A stretch of DNA of 40,797 nucleotides from Chiloscyllium plagiosum (GCF_004010195.1 NC_057753.1:9906211-9947007), one strand, 5' to 3'. Shown: positions 21,895 through 34,768, numbered from the stretch's first letter. Translations and numbers: made by a program. The notes: generated from the letters alone by a model not told the origin.

Positions 21895-22412
21895 GGTCAT
21901 TGAGATATACAGCACAGAGACAGAACCTTCGGTCCAACTCATCCGTACAGAACAGATATCTCAAATCAATCTAGTCCATTTGCCAGCACCTAGCCCACAC
22001 CCTTTAAACCTTCCTATTAATTTTCCCCATTCAGACGCCTTTTAATTGTAATTGTACCAGCTTCCATCACTTCCTCTGGCAGCTCATTCCTTTCACACAC
22101 CACCCTCAATGAAAAAGTTGCCCTTTTGGTCTCTGAAATGATTACGCTCTCATTCTGGACTGCCCATCCCAAGGAAAAGATGTTGTCTATTTACCCTATC
22201 CATGCCCCTCATGATTTTATAAATCTCTATAAGGTCACCCCCTCAGCCTCCGACGCTCCAGGGAAAACAGCCCCAGCCTACTCAACTTTTCCCTATAGCT
22301 CAAATCCTCCAATCCTGGCAATATTCTTGTAAATCTTTTCTGAACCCTTTCAAGTTTCACAACATCTTTCCAATAGGAGGGAGACCAGAATTGCACGCAA
22401 TATTCCAACAGT
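21895..22412 (-). mobile_element. CR1 LINE 3' fragment
   Basis: LLEYCVQFWSPSYWKDVVKLERVQKRF and tail. Confidence 0.88.
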
Positions 22413-22589
22413 CGCTGTGGTTCTGTTGGAGAATGGTAATTTAATTCCAAAATGTTAATTCCTTCACGAGAAGGGAATAATTGGCAATGTAGCTGTGAGA
22501 GGCCCATTGCAGAAGAGTGAATAACTGAGTGATAGAACCTTCCATTAAGATGGAGAGGAACAGAGTTGATTCTGAGGCTGGGGACTTAA

Positions 22590-23925
22590 ATCTAAAGCAA
22601 GGAAATTACAATGGCAGAGGCACAAACAGGCTGCAACAAATAAGGGAACATTATTGAAAGAAATGACAAACATTTAGATAGCACCTGGAGGAATGGTTGT
22701 TCCATCCTGTCTGACAAAATAAAACATAAAAGGTAGCCCAGCCACGGCTAACAAGGGACATGATGGATAGGACTGGATCCAAAGAAGCAGCATACAAATT
22801 GACTTAAAAAATAAAGCAGCAGATCTGAAGATTGGAATGTTTCAACAAAAGGATTGATTAAAAGGGGAAAATGGGGTATGTGAAAACAAAAAAAAAATTG
22901 GTGAAAACAATTACAGTTAGAAACAGGCAAAGTTCTCATGTGGAACAAAGAGATGGCAGACCAATTAACCACATATATTGCTTCTATCATCACAAAGGAG
23001 GGCGCAAGTATGTTGGGGAACACATGGTCCATTGAGAGCAGAACTGAAGGAAATGAGTAGTTGTGGAGAAATTGATGGGATTAAAAGTTTACAAATCCCC
23101 AGCCCCCAGTAATCCAAACTCCACAGTATGCACTGAGATAAGTCATCCAATTGTCAAATCCTGGGCTGATGCAAGACTTACACACTTAACGGGAAGATCC
23201 TGGGGAGTGTTACTGAACAACAATTGTGCTGGTTCACAATTCCTTGAAAGTAGTCGCAGGTTGATAGGATAGTGAAGAAGGCGTTTGGTATTCTTTCCTT
23301 TATTGGTCAGAGTATTGGGTACAGAAATTGGGAGGTCATGTTGCATCTGTACAGGACATCGGTCAGGCCACCTTTAGAATATTGCATGCAATTCTAGTTT
23401 CTTTCCCATCAAAAGGATGTTGTGAAACTTGAAAGGGTTCAGAAAAGATTTACAAGGATGTTGCTGGGGTTGGAGGATTTGAGCTATCAGGAGAGGCAGA
23501 AAAGGCTGGGGCTGTTTTCCCAGAGCGACAGAGGTGTGTGTGTGTGTGTGGTGATGGGGGGGTGACCTTACAGATGTTAATAAAATCATGAGGGTAATGG
23601 ATAGGATAAACAGACAAGGTCTTTTCCCTGGGTGGTAGAATCCAGAACTAGAGGTCATAAGTTTAGAGTAAGAGGGGAAAGATTTTAAAAGGGACCTCAG
23701 GGGCAAGTGTTTCATGCAGAGGGTAGTGCATGTATGGAATGAGCTGTCAGAGAAAGTGATGGAGGATGGTACAATTACAGTATTTAAAAGGCATCTGGAT
23801 GGGTATATGAACAGGAAAGGTTTACAGGGCTATGGGCCAAGTCCTGGCAAATGGGACGAGATTAGGTTAGGATAATTGGTCGGCATGGACTAAAGGGTCT
23901 GTTTATGTGCTGCATGTCCCTACGA
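22590..23925 (+). mobile_element. Two adjacent degenerate CR1 fragments
   Basis: EKLMGLKVYKSP remnant (23063-23110), then a CR1 3' end at 23160-23925 containing a (GT)n run. Confidence 0.75.
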
Positions 23926-24094
23926 TTTTACTTCAGGACTCTTAAATTGTTTGTGAAAACCACTTCAGTAATCTGCCCAGTTTTAAGACTACAATACACA
24001 GGAGCAGAATGAGGCCATTTGGCCCATTGTGTCTGCTCCAATCATGGCCGATATGTTTCTACTGTTGAAAACATCTTCTCTACATCCACTATAT

Positions 24095-24450
24095 CCAGTC
24101 ATAGAGCTGCATAGCACGGAAACAGATCCTTCAGACCAACCAGTCCATATCGACCATAATTCCAAACTAAACTTGTCCCATCTGCCTGCACTTGGCCCAA
24201 TATCCCTCGAAACATTTCTTATTCATGTACTTATCCAAATATCTTTTAAATTTTGTGACTTTGTTACGCACATCCACCACTTCATTCCACACATGAAGCA
24301 CTCTCCGTGTAAAAAAAGTTTCCCCTTGTTTTGTTTTTAGATCTTTCTATTCTCACCTTAAAAAGACATCCCCTAGTCTTGAAAGTCCTCAGTCCAGGGA
24401 AACAACTCCTGACATTCATCTTACCTATATCCATCGAGATTTTATAAATC
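24095..24450 (-). mobile_element. CR1 3' end
   Basis: Reverse complement of a CR1 tail. Confidence 0.7.
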
Positions 24451-24696
24451 TCTTCGATGAAGAGTCATCTGGACCTGAAATGTTAGCTTGTTCTCTCTAC
24501 GTGTACACTGCCTGACCCGTTGTGATTTCCAGCATTTGTTGTTTTCAGGACGGATTCCAGCATCTGTAGCAATGTGCTCCTAATTGTTTTATCCAGTTGG
24601 CTAGATCTCCCCGGATCCATTGAGACTTAACCTTACTCAACAATCCACCATGCGGCAGTCAATAAGGTTTCCACATTCTATCTCTTTCAGCACACA

Positions 24697-25055
24697 TGGG
24701 CGGCACAGTGAATCAGTGGTTAGCACTACTGCCTCACAGCACCTGGGACAAGGGTTTGATTCCAGCATCGGGCGACTGTCTGTGTGGAGTTTGTACATTG
24801 TTTCCCGCCCTGTGACTGCATGGCTGTCCTCCAGGTGCTCTGGTTTCCTCCCACAGTCCAAAGATGTGCAGGTTAGGGTGAATTGACTGTGTTAAATTGC
24901 CCCATAGTCTTCAGGGATGTGTAGGTTAGGTATATTAGTTGGAGGTAAATGGAGAATGATAGGAGTAGGGAAATGGGTGTGGGTGGGTTACTCTTCGGAG
25001 GGTTGGTATGTACTTGTTGGGCCAAATGGCCTCTTTCCGCCCTGTAGGGATCCCA
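24697..25055 (+). mobile_element. Full-length HE1-like SINE
   Basis: GGGCGGCACAGTG..CAGTGGTTAGCACT, GGTTTGATTCC, V-type core and tail. Confidence 0.88.
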
Positions 25056-25230
25056 TGTGGCACCCCTCTCCCCCAGCTCTTTGCATTTCCCACAGAGGAA
25101 GTGGGAACGGGAGAAATAAAGTGTTTTACATGGGAGGAAGATTCGGTGAGCGTGAAGCTAAAATTAAACGTAGTGCTTTTCTTGAACTCAAGCTGAGTGA
25201 TTTGGTGGGGGAGTGGAAAAAGGAAAAAGT

Positions 25231-25548
25231 ACGGTGTCTCAGTGGTTAGCACTGCCACCTCATGGCACCAGGGACCTGGGTTCGATTCCAGTCTCGGGGC
25301 GACTGTCTGTGTGGATATTGCACATTCTCCTACTGATGTCTGAGGCGGGTTTCCTTCCGGTGCGCCTGTTTCCTCCCACAATCCATAGATGTGCAGGTTC
25401 AGGCTAGATTCTCCATAGTGTCGAGGATGTGTAGGTTAGGTGCATTAATTAGGTGTAAATGTAGGGGAATGGGTCTGTGTGGGTTACCCTTCAGAGGGTC
25501 GGTGTTGACTTATTGGGCCAAGTGGCCTGTATCCACACCGTCAGGATT
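25231..25548 (+). mobile_element. HE1-like SINE
   Basis: CAGTGGTTAGCACTGCC..GGGTTCGATTCC, core and tail. Confidence 0.85.
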
Positions 25549-25719
25549 CAATGAAGGGTAGGGATTTTTGCAAACTATGATTTCTTCCTGTTCTGCTGCA
25601 GGGGCAGCACAGGGACGTCGATTTCGAAGTTCCTTGGATGCTGCCTGAACTGCTGTGCTCTTCCAGCACCACTAATCCAGAATCTGGTTTCCAGCATCTG
25701 CAGTCTTTGTTTTTAACCA

Positions 25720-25990
25720 CAGTGCGGTCGAGCCGACCTAGCGCCCGATATCCGTATCGCCCCATTGTGACGTCACAATGCGGATTTGGCCCTGTCAGTT
25801 TCAGAGTGAATCTCCCTCCCTCTGGGCAACTCCTCCCCCCCCCCCCAGGATGAGAGAAAGAGAGAGAGGCGGGGGTGGGGGGGGGGGGTTTGGTGGGGGA
25901 ATCTGTTCACTTGTATCAACTGGAGTGAATCCAGGGAGGGGGCAGACTCTGCAAACTTAATTACCCAGTTGAGGAGGGACGGAAGGAAGG
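25720..25990 (+). promoter_or_regulatory. ZNF-cassette promoter, copy 3 (Penelope fragment at 25615-25718 just upstream)
   Basis: Perfect 18-bp palindrome CATTGTGACGTCACAATG 25763-25780; shared GTGAATCTCCCTCCCTCTGGGC. Confidence 0.55.
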
Positions 25991-26006
25991 GGGAAAGGGA
26001 GATTGA

Positions 26007-26583
26007 TGTGGGATATAAATGAATTAATGTTATTTCTGCAAGTATAAATTCTGATACAGAATGGGAATGAGAAAATACATATTCAGCAAAAAGAAAGCAT
26101 GAGACGTGATTACAGAACAATGGTGGATATATGGGCAAACAGGAAAGCATCTGTTTCCCCTCCTCAAGACACAGGAACTAACCCTAATCAAAGAGGTCAA
26201 AGTGGCCTCTGGATGGAAATAGATGCTGATAGAAGAAAAGATATGCCTAATCAATAACCTATAATAGACTGACGTCAAACACCCTTATGGGAGTCAGAGA
26301 TAAGAGTTTGTCACGGACAAAACAGGATAAACAGAAGTTGTGGGATAAGTCTTAAGGAAATGAGTGACGTAAGCGAAGCAGGGAACAAACAATGGAATAA
26401 GGAAAAATATGGGGATTCAAACTGAATAAATTTCGAGAGTTTGTTGGATTTGGTGTGCATTTTGTCATTACCTTACCTGGTAATGAGACAGGGCACCCAC
26501 CTATAGGTGTATAAATAAATGGCGGATTCAGATATTTGTCTCGGACTGAAATTATTAAAGTGAGTGAGCTTTTGTTTCTCACA
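26007..26583 (+). mobile_element. Solo LTR (577 bp) with 4-bp TSD
   Basis: TGTGGGA...TCTCACA termini; TTGA on both sides (26003-26006, 26584-26587); TATAAA near 26509 and ATTAAA near 26554. Confidence 0.8.
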
Positions 26584-26874
26584 TTGAGAAGGGAGAAATA
26601 TCTTATTTTTAAAATGCATCTGATTCCCACAAATGCAACAGGTACAAGTACAGCACATGCAATATTCCTCATTGCAGTTTCAAACGGCTGCAATGGTTTT
26701 GCACCTTCTGTTCTTCCTCCACCTTAGCTCCAGCGCATTTGGCTTCCTTCCCCTATCCCCATCCCTGGCCCGACTCTTTGATGCTTCCAAGCTGACCCTC
26801 AAAAGTTCAGTTTGTCTCTCCATTCTTTCCCATTGTCTTTTGTGGGTTTTGAAATCTTTCCCAATCCTCTGATT

Positions 26875-27330
26875 GAGTCTCGGACTTGGGAGTTTATGTT
26901 GTGGCTGTACAGGACATTGTTCGGCCACTTTTGGAATATTGTGTGCAATTCTGGTCTCCCTGCTATTGGAAGGACGTTGTGAAACTTGAAAGAGTTCAGA
27001 AAAGATTTACAACGATGTTGCCAGGGTTTGAGCTAAATAGGTTGGGGCTGTTTTTCATAGTGAGCCAGAGGCTCAGGGGTGACCTTGTGGACGTTTATAA
27101 AATCATGAGAGGCATTGATAAGGGAAATAGTCAAGTCTTTTACTGGGATGGGGAGTCCAGATCTAGAGGGTAATAGATTAGGATGAGTGGGGGAAAATAC
27201 TTAAATGGTACCTCAGGGGCAGCTTTTTCATGCAGAGGGTGGTTGTATAAGGAATGAGCTGTCAGAGGTAGCGGTGGATGCTGATATAATAATGATATCT
27301 AAAAAGCATCTGAATGGGTGTAGGAAGGGT
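26875..27330 (+). mobile_element. CR1 3' fragment
   Basis: VRPLLEYCVQFWSPCYWKDVVKLERVQKRF. Confidence 0.88.
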
Positions 27331-27331
27331 T

Positions 27332-28320
27332 GAGTGTGGGGGAAGGGATTTATCCGCTCCTCCCAACTCTTAGACCACTGACGGGTCCACACCGGGGAGA
27401 GGCCCTTCCCCTGCTCTGAACGCAGGAAGGGCTTCAGCAGTTCCTCCTCCCTGCTAACACACCAGCGGATCCACACCGGAGAGAGACCATTCACCTGCCC
27501 TGAGTGTGGGAAGGGCTTAACTCAGCCCTCCCAACTGCTGACACACCAGCGGGTCCACACTGGGGAGATGCCATTCGCCTGCCCAGTGTGTGGGAAGGGC
27601 TTTGCGGTCTCTTCCAAACTCCTGGCCCACCGGCAGGTCCACACACGGGAGAGGCCCTTCAGTGGTTAGCACTGCTGCCTCACAGCGCCAGAGACCCGGG
27701 TTCAATTCCCTCAGGCGACTGACTGTGTGGAGTTTACACGTTCTCCCTGTGTCTGCGTAGGTTTCCTCCGGGTGCTCCGGTTTCCTCCCACAGTCCAAAG
27801 ATGTGTAGGTCAGGTGAATTGGCCATGCTAAATTGCCCGTAGTGTTAGGTAAGTGGTAAATGTAGGGGTATGGGTGGGTTACGCTTCGGCGGGTCGGTGT
27901 GGACTTGTTGGGCCGAAGGGCTTGTTTCCACACTGTAATGTAATGTAAATGTAATCTGTCCAGAGTACAGGAAGGCCTTCAGCTATTCCTCCCACCTGCT
28001 GAGGCGCCAGCAGGTCCACACTGGGGAGAAGCCGTTCTCCTGCCCAGCGTGCGAGAAATGCTTTAACCGCTCCTCCCACCTACTGACCCACCGGCGGGTC
28101 CACATGGGGCAGGACAACGGCCACTCCCCTGAGTGCAGGAAGGGCTTCAGCAATTCTTCCGCTCTGCTGACCTAAGGGCGGGTCCATACAGGGGAGAGAC
28201 CATTTAGCTGCACCGCTTGTGGTAAGAGATTCACATTTTCCAGCAACTTGCGAAGACGCCAGCGGGGGGCACCAGTGCTCCCAACAATCAGATTCCACCA
28301 GTGACGCTACTGTGGACTAA
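27332..28320 (+). pseudogene. C2H2 zinc-finger pseudogene C, 5'-deleted and SINE-interrupted
   Basis: [26 protein letters not shown] and HTGEKPFSCPACEKCF fingers with stops; SINE at 27660-27957. Confidence 0.88.
27660..27957 (+). mobile_element. Young HE1-like SINE inserted in ZNF C
   Basis: Closely similar to the 5177-5490 copy; (TGTAA)n tail; splits PFS|CPE codons. Confidence 0.9.
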
Positions 28321-28424
28321 ACCTTCTGGCCATTCTGACAGTGGGTGCAATGGGAGAGTTGGTGGGCTTTTTTTTATTTTTAGCTGGACTGCACACCGCC
28401 TTCACACCCCCCAACCACAACCCC

Positions 28425-29000
28425 ACAGTGGCTCAGTGGTTAAAAATGCTGTCTCATAGTGCCATGGATCCAGGTTTGATTATACTCTTGGGGTGACTGT
28501 CTGTGTGGAGCTTGCACGTTCGCCTGCCATGTCTGCGTGGGTTTCCTCCAGGTGTTCTGGTTTTGCTCCCACAATACAAAGATGCATAGGTTAGGGCGAA
28601 TTAGCCGAGCTAAATTGTCGATAGCATAGAGGGATGTGTAGGTGTGGTACATTAGTCGGGGTAAATGTAAACTGGTTGAGAGTGTGGTACTGGAAAAGCA
28701 CAGCAGTTCAGTCAGCATCTGAGGCGCAGGAGAATCGACATTTCAGGCATAAGATCTTCATCAGGAATGATGCCTGAAACATTGATTCTCCTACTCCTCG
28801 GATGCTGCCTGATCTGCTGTGATTTTTCAGCACCACACTCTCGACCCTGATCTCCAGCATCTGCAGTCCTCACTTTCACCAAGTAAATGTACAGTAATAG
28901 GGTTAAGAGAATGGGTCTGGGTGGGTAACTCTACAGAGAGTTGGTGTTGCCTTATTGGGCCAAAGGGCCTGTTTACATTCTGTAGGGGTTCTGTGATTCC
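28425..29000 (+). mobile_element. HE1-like SINE containing an inverted pair of Penelope short repeats (~28670-28880)
   Basis: SINE head at 28427 and tail near 28995; 28675-28765 is the reverse complement of 28768-28850. Confidence 0.78.
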
Positions 29001-29309
29001 ATGAACTTTGCTTCCAATGGGCGATGCTACCCGTTGAATCTGGGACTACATGTTCCCACTGAAACAATCCGCAGAAACCTAAGACCACTGGAGCAGACGT
29101 TAGACCATTCAGCCCATCAAGTCTGCTCCACCATTTGTTAGAAAGAAAAAAAATTGTGGTTGCTGGAATCCAAAGTAGGCAAGCAGGAGGCTGGGAGAAC
29201 GCAGCAAGCCAGACAGCATCAGGAAGTGAAGTTAGCATTTCAGGTATTAACCCTCCTTCAGGACTGAAGAAGGGTTCTTCCTGAAACATTGACTTCTGTA
29301 TCAGAAACA

Positions 29310-29610
29310 AATTCACCAGGATGTTGCCTGGGGTTGGAGAGTTTGAGCTGCAGGGAGAGGCTATTTGGCTGGGTGAGAGATTTAAAAGGGACATAAGGGG
29401 CAATGTTTTCACACAGAGTGTATGGAATGAGCTGCCAGAGAAAGTGGAGGCTGGTACAATTATACCACTTAGAAGGCATCTGGTTTCGGACATGAACAGT
29501 AAGGGTTTAGAAGGATATGACAAATGGGACCAAATTAATTTAAGATGTCTTGTCAGCATGGATAAGTTGGACCGAAGGTTCTGTTTCCGTGCTGTATATC
29601 TCTACATCTA
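29310..29610 (+). mobile_element. CR1 3' end, preceded by an inverted Penelope pair (~29155-29300)
   Basis: RFKRDIRGNVFTQSVWNELPE remnant. Confidence 0.8.
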
Positions 29611-30359
29611 CTGGTCCTGATGTAAGTTTTAAAATTGAGTCCAAATAACTTTCAATAGTTCAGTCTTGTTGAGCTCATTTCTTGAAAGGTTTCAAATGAA
29701 TCCCTCCAAGTGATACTGTTTAAAAATGCTGAGTTGGACAAAATATCCCATTAAGTTCGACACAAACTCACAGCTGAAGACATCAGAAGTCACGAGACAC
29801 AAAGTTATAGTCCAACAGGTTTATTTGAAATCACAAGCTTTAGGAGCATTGCTCCTTCTNNNNNNNNNNNNNNNNNNNNNNNNNNNNNNNNNNNNNNNNN
29901 NNNNNNNNNNNNNNNNNNNNNNNNNNNNNNNNNNNNNNNNNNNNNNNNNNNNNNNNNNNNNNNNNNNNNNNNNNNNNNNNNNNNNNNNNNNNNNNNNNNN
30001 NNNNNNNNNNNNNNNNNNNNNNNNNNNNNNNNNNNNNNNNNNNNNNNNNNNNNNNNNNNNNNNNNNNNNNNNNNNNNNNNNNNNNNNNNNNNNNNNNNNN
30101 NNNNNNNNNNNNNNNNNNNNNNNNNNNNNNNNNNNNNNNNNNNNNNNNNNNNNNNNNNNNNNNNNNNNNNNNNNNNNNNNNNNNNNNNNNNNNNNNNNNN
30201 NNNNNNNNNNNNNNNNNNNNNNNNNNNNNNNNNNNNNNNNNNNNNNNNNNNNNNNNNNNNNNNNNNNNNNNNNNNNNNNNNNNNNNNNNNNNNNNNNNNN
30301 NNNNNNNNNNNNNNNNNNNNNNNNNNNNNNNNNNNNNNNNNNNNNNNNNNNNNNNNNNN

Positions 30360-30726
30360 GCTTCAACGCATCCCTCAACACGTAGTCGTGGACCTTGGAA
30401 TGTGCCAGTCTGCAGCATTCAGTCAGGGTCAACTCCTTCAGCTGGAAGATCAGCAGGTTTCGGACCGCCCAGAGAGCGTCCTTCACCGAGTTGATGATCC
30501 TCCAGGCACAGGTGATGTTCGTCTCGGTGTGCATCCCGGGGAACAGACCGTAGAGCACGGAGTCCCGTGTCACGGCGCTGCTGGGGACGAACCTTGACAA
30601 ACACTCCAGACTTCCTCTGCATGGGCACATTCCAGAAGGAGGTGTGTGACAGTCTCGTCCCCCCCCGCAGCCGCTTCGAGGGCAGCGTGCGGTGCGGCTG
30701 AGAGTCCGGGCGTGCATAAAGGATCT
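30360..30726 (-). mobile_element. Tx1-clade LINE ORF2 C-terminus (inverted arm)
   Basis: Reverse complement of 30781-31160. Confidence 0.88.
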
Positions 30727-31351
30727 TCCAACAAGCACCAAGACATGGCTTGGCTGGTGGTGAGAAGGGCTCTGCCTGTGAGATCCTTTATGCACGCCCG
30801 GACTCTCAGCCGCACCGCACGCTGCCCTCGAAGCGGCGGCGGTGGGGACAAGACTGTCACACACCACCTTCTGGAATGTGCCTATGCAGAGGAAGTCTGG
30901 AGAGGAATGCAGTGGTGTCTGTCGAGGTTCGTCCCGAGCAGCGCCGTGACGCGGGACTCCGTGCTCTACGGCCTGTTCCCCGGGACGCACACCAAGACGA
31001 ACATCAACTGTGCCTGGAGGATCAGCAACTCGGTGAAGGACGCTATCTGGGTGATCCGAAACCTGCTGATCTTCCAGCTGAAGGAGTTGACCACGACTGA
31101 GTGCTGCAGACTGGCACATTCCAAGGTCCAGGACTACGTGTTGAGGGACGCGCTGAAGCTTGGGGCAGCTGCCGCCAAGGCACGGTGGGGAAAGACCACT
31201 GTGTAAAGTCTGCCTGCCTAAAGAAGAACAGGGGGCCCATGCAGTCATTTGGGCTCAGCTGACGCCTCAGCTATTTGTATGGGCATATGATTGAAAAATG
31301 TACAGACCTGTATAAAAATGATAAATTCTGATCTCTGTATATACATGTTTA
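30727..31351 (+). mobile_element. Tx1-clade LINE ORF2 C-terminal zinc-binding region and 3'UTR
   Basis: LPVRSFMHAR..CPRSGGGGDKTVTHHLLECAYAEEVW..IWVIRNLLIF, stop at 31206. Confidence 0.88.
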
Positions 31352-31702
31352 CATATGTATGGCATGACCAANNNNNNNNNNNNNNNNNNNNNNNNNNNNN
31401 NNNNNNNNNNNNNNNNNNNNNNNNNNNNNNNNNNNNNNNNNNNNNNNNNNNNNNNNNNNNNNNNNNNNNNNNNNNNNNNNNNNNNNNNNNNNNNNNNNNN
31501 NNNNNNNNNNNNNNNNNNNNNNNNNNNNNNNNNNNNNNNNNNNNNNNNNNNNNNNNNNNNNNNNNNNNNNNNNNNNNNNNNNNNNNNNNNNNNNNNNNNN
31601 NNNNNNNNNNNNNNNNNNNNNNNNNNNNNNNNNNNNNNNNNNNNNNNNNNNNNNNNNNNNNNNNNNNNNNNNNNNNNNNNNNNNNNNNNNNNNNNNNNNN
31701 NN

Positions 31703-32996
31703 GACCTTTGCCAATGTTTTGTAATCCGCATTTAATCGTGAGATTGGTCTCCAATTTCTGATTTCCTCCCTCTCCCCCTTCCGCTTGTAGATGAGGGTGA
31801 TGTTGCCTTTCCTCATGGATTCACTCATGGTACTTGCCCGAAGCATACTGACATACACCTCCAGCAGGTCCCGGCCAACCAGAGCGGAATAGAGCTCGAC
31901 CGGTAAGCCGTCGCTTCCGGGAGTTTTATTCTTTTCGAAGGACTCGAGGGCCTTGGTCAGCTCGTCCAGAGATAGCGGCTGGTCCAGCCTCTCCCGTGTT
32001 CTGTCGTCTAAGACCTCCGGGATAGAGGACAGGAACGACTGGGAGGCCATGCTGTCGGTCAGCTTCGCGTCATACAGACTGGCATAGAAGGATTTACTGA
32101 TCCTCATGATGTTAGCCTGAGATGACGTTATCGAGCCATCTTCTTCCTTCAGGGTGCTGAGCACGGAGCTCTCTTTGTGCACCTTCTGGAAGAAGAAATG
32201 TGAGCACATCTCGTCCTGCTCCACCGAGCGAACCCTGGACCGGAAGATTATCTTGGAGGCCTCCGAAGCAAAGAGCGAGGCTTGCTGGCCCTTCACCTCC
32301 TTGAGGTCCTCCATGACATCCACCCCCATCGTCTGCAGCAGGAGCATGTTCTGCATACTTTCCTGGAGCTGGGACAGTTTTCCCCGCCTCTCTCTCGCCT
32401 CCTGAACACCTTTGAGGATGAAGAACCTCTTGATGTTCCCTTTTACTGTTTCCCACCAGTCCGCTGGGGACTCAAAGAGGGGCTTCACGATTCTCCAACC
32501 TGAGTAGTCCCTCTTGAGCTCCTCAATGTTTCCCGGGGTCAACAGCTTTGTGTTCAGCTTCCACGTTCCCTTACCAGCCAGGTGCTCGTCCTGTAGGTGA
32601 CAGTCAAAAAAGAACACCGGCTTGACGTCGGTGGATCTGACCGAGAACGTTCGGGACACAAACAGGTAATCTATCCTTGAGCGGATAGACCCGTCTGCCC
32701 GTGACCAGGTGTATCTACACTGCGCTCCGTCTGTAGGGGTGCTGAAGACGTCGTGCAGCTTGGCATCTTTTATCGTGTCCATCAGGGCTGTGGACATGTT
32801 GTCCAGTTTACTGTCCCCCCCGCCGGATCGTCCATCTGCATCAATGATACAGTTGAAGTCTCCGGCCAGAATGACCGGCCTGGACGTAGCCAGCAACAGT
32901 GGAAGCTGCTGCAGGACGGCCAACCGTTCACTCTTACCCACTGGGGCATACACATTAATCAGTCTCAGGGGAGCATTCCTGTACATGACGTCGGCG
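31703..32996 (-). mobile_element. Tx1-clade LINE ORF2 (APE endonuclease, linker, start of RT)
   Basis: LINVYAP, ILAGDFNC, YTW..SRIDYLF, WKLN, KTPGSDGLP, NWRPIS; open throughout, gaps on both sides. Confidence 0.93.
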
Positions 32997-34768
32997 NNNN
33001 NNNNNNNNNNNNNNNNNNNNNNNNNNNNNNNNNNNNNNNNNNNNNNNNNNNNNNNNNNNNNNNNNNNNNNNNNNNNNNNNNNNNNNNNNNNNNNNNNNNN
33101 NNNNNNNNNNNNNNNNNNNNNNNNNNNNNNNNNNNNNNNNNNNNNNNNNNNNNNNNNNNNNNNNNNNNNNNNNNNNNNNNNNNNNNNNNNNNNNNNNNNN
33201 NNNNNNNNNNNNNNNNNNNNNNNNNNNNNNNNNNNNNNNNNNNNNNNNNNNNNNNNNNNNNNNNNNNNNNNNNNNNNNNNNNNNNNNNNNNNNNNNNNNN
33301 NNNNNNNNNNNNNNNNNNNNNNNNNNNNNNNNNNNNNNNNNNNNNNNNNNNNNNNNNNNNNNNNNNNNNNNNNNNNNNNNNNNNNNNNNNNNNNNNNNNN
33401 NNNNNNNNNNNNNNNNNNNNNNNNNNNNNNNNNNNNNNNNNNNNNNNNNNNNNNNNNNNNNNNNNNNNNNNNNNNNNNNNNNNNNNNNNNNNNNNNNNNN
33501 NNNNNNNNNNNNNNNNNNNNNNNNNNNNNNNNNNNNNNNNNNNNNNNNNNNNNNNNNNNNNNNNNNNNNNNNNNNNNNNNNNNNNNNNNNNNNNNNNNNN
33601 NNNNNNNNNNNNNNNNNNNNNNNNNNNNNNNNNNNNNNNNNNNNNNNNNNNNNNNNNNNNNNNNNNNNNNNNNNNNNNNNNNNNNNNNNNNNNNNNNNNN
33701 NNNNNNNNNNNNNNNNNNNNNNNNNNNNNNNNNNNNNNNNNNNNNNNNNNNNNNNNNNNNNNNNNNNNNNNNNNNNNNNNNNNNNNNNNNNNNNNNNNNN
33801 NNNNNNNNNNNNNNNNNNNNNNNNNNNNNNNNNNNNNNNNNNNNNNNNNNNNNNNNNNNNNNNNNNNNNNNNNNNNNNNNNNNNNNNNNNNNNNNNNNNN
33901 NNNNNNNNNNNNNNNNNNNNNNNNNNNNNNNNNNNNNNNNNNNNNNNNNNNNNNNNNNNNNGTGAAATGGGTGTGGCTTTGGAGGGTCGGTGTGGACGTG
34001 TTGGGCTGAGTGGCCTCTTCCATACTGTGGGGATTGTCTGAAGGGAAGGGGTTATTGCAAACTCATTGTTTTTTTTTTGCTTCCAAAAATCAGACCTGCT
34101 CACTCTCAGCAGTATCCCAATGTTGTGAAAGATATTAACTTTCAGGTGGAGGTATCCAAGATGTAGAGAGCTGTTTTTGCTTTTCTGCCCTTGTAAGATC
34201 CTGAATCAGCACCTTCAGGAGAATTAGTTAGAGCGAAGTAAGAACAGAGGGGGAGAGAGGCTGGGATGGTGCTTCAATTTTGTGAAATAACAAAAGAAAA
34301 GAATATTCCACAGAAAGTAGAATTGCTTGTTCTGAATTCCTACCATGTACTACCAGTGATGACTTTTGTGATCTCTTTTTACTGATTATTTGAAGATCTG
34401 AAGATGGAAGTTTCAAAATTAACAGATCGATCTCCTGCTCCTCGGATGCTGCCTGACCGTCTGTGCTTTTCCAGCGCCGGACTTTCCTACACTGACTATC
34501 CAGTAACCGCTGTCCTCACTTTGACGTCAATGTCTGACAGTCACTCAATCCATCAGGACCAGCACGATTTTTGACTGTGATTCTGTGAGAAGGAGCAAAA
34601 CTTTTTGGTTCCTATTTGAGTGCGTTTTCAGCATCAGTGGGATTGGATGAGAGACCCGCCTTTGCAGCGCACTGAGCATGGAGCCTGAAACAGCTATACG
34701 GCCTGGAAAGAGGAATTCATAGCAGGGAGGGACTCTATATGTGTTTGTCTGCAGCTGAAGGGTTGGCC

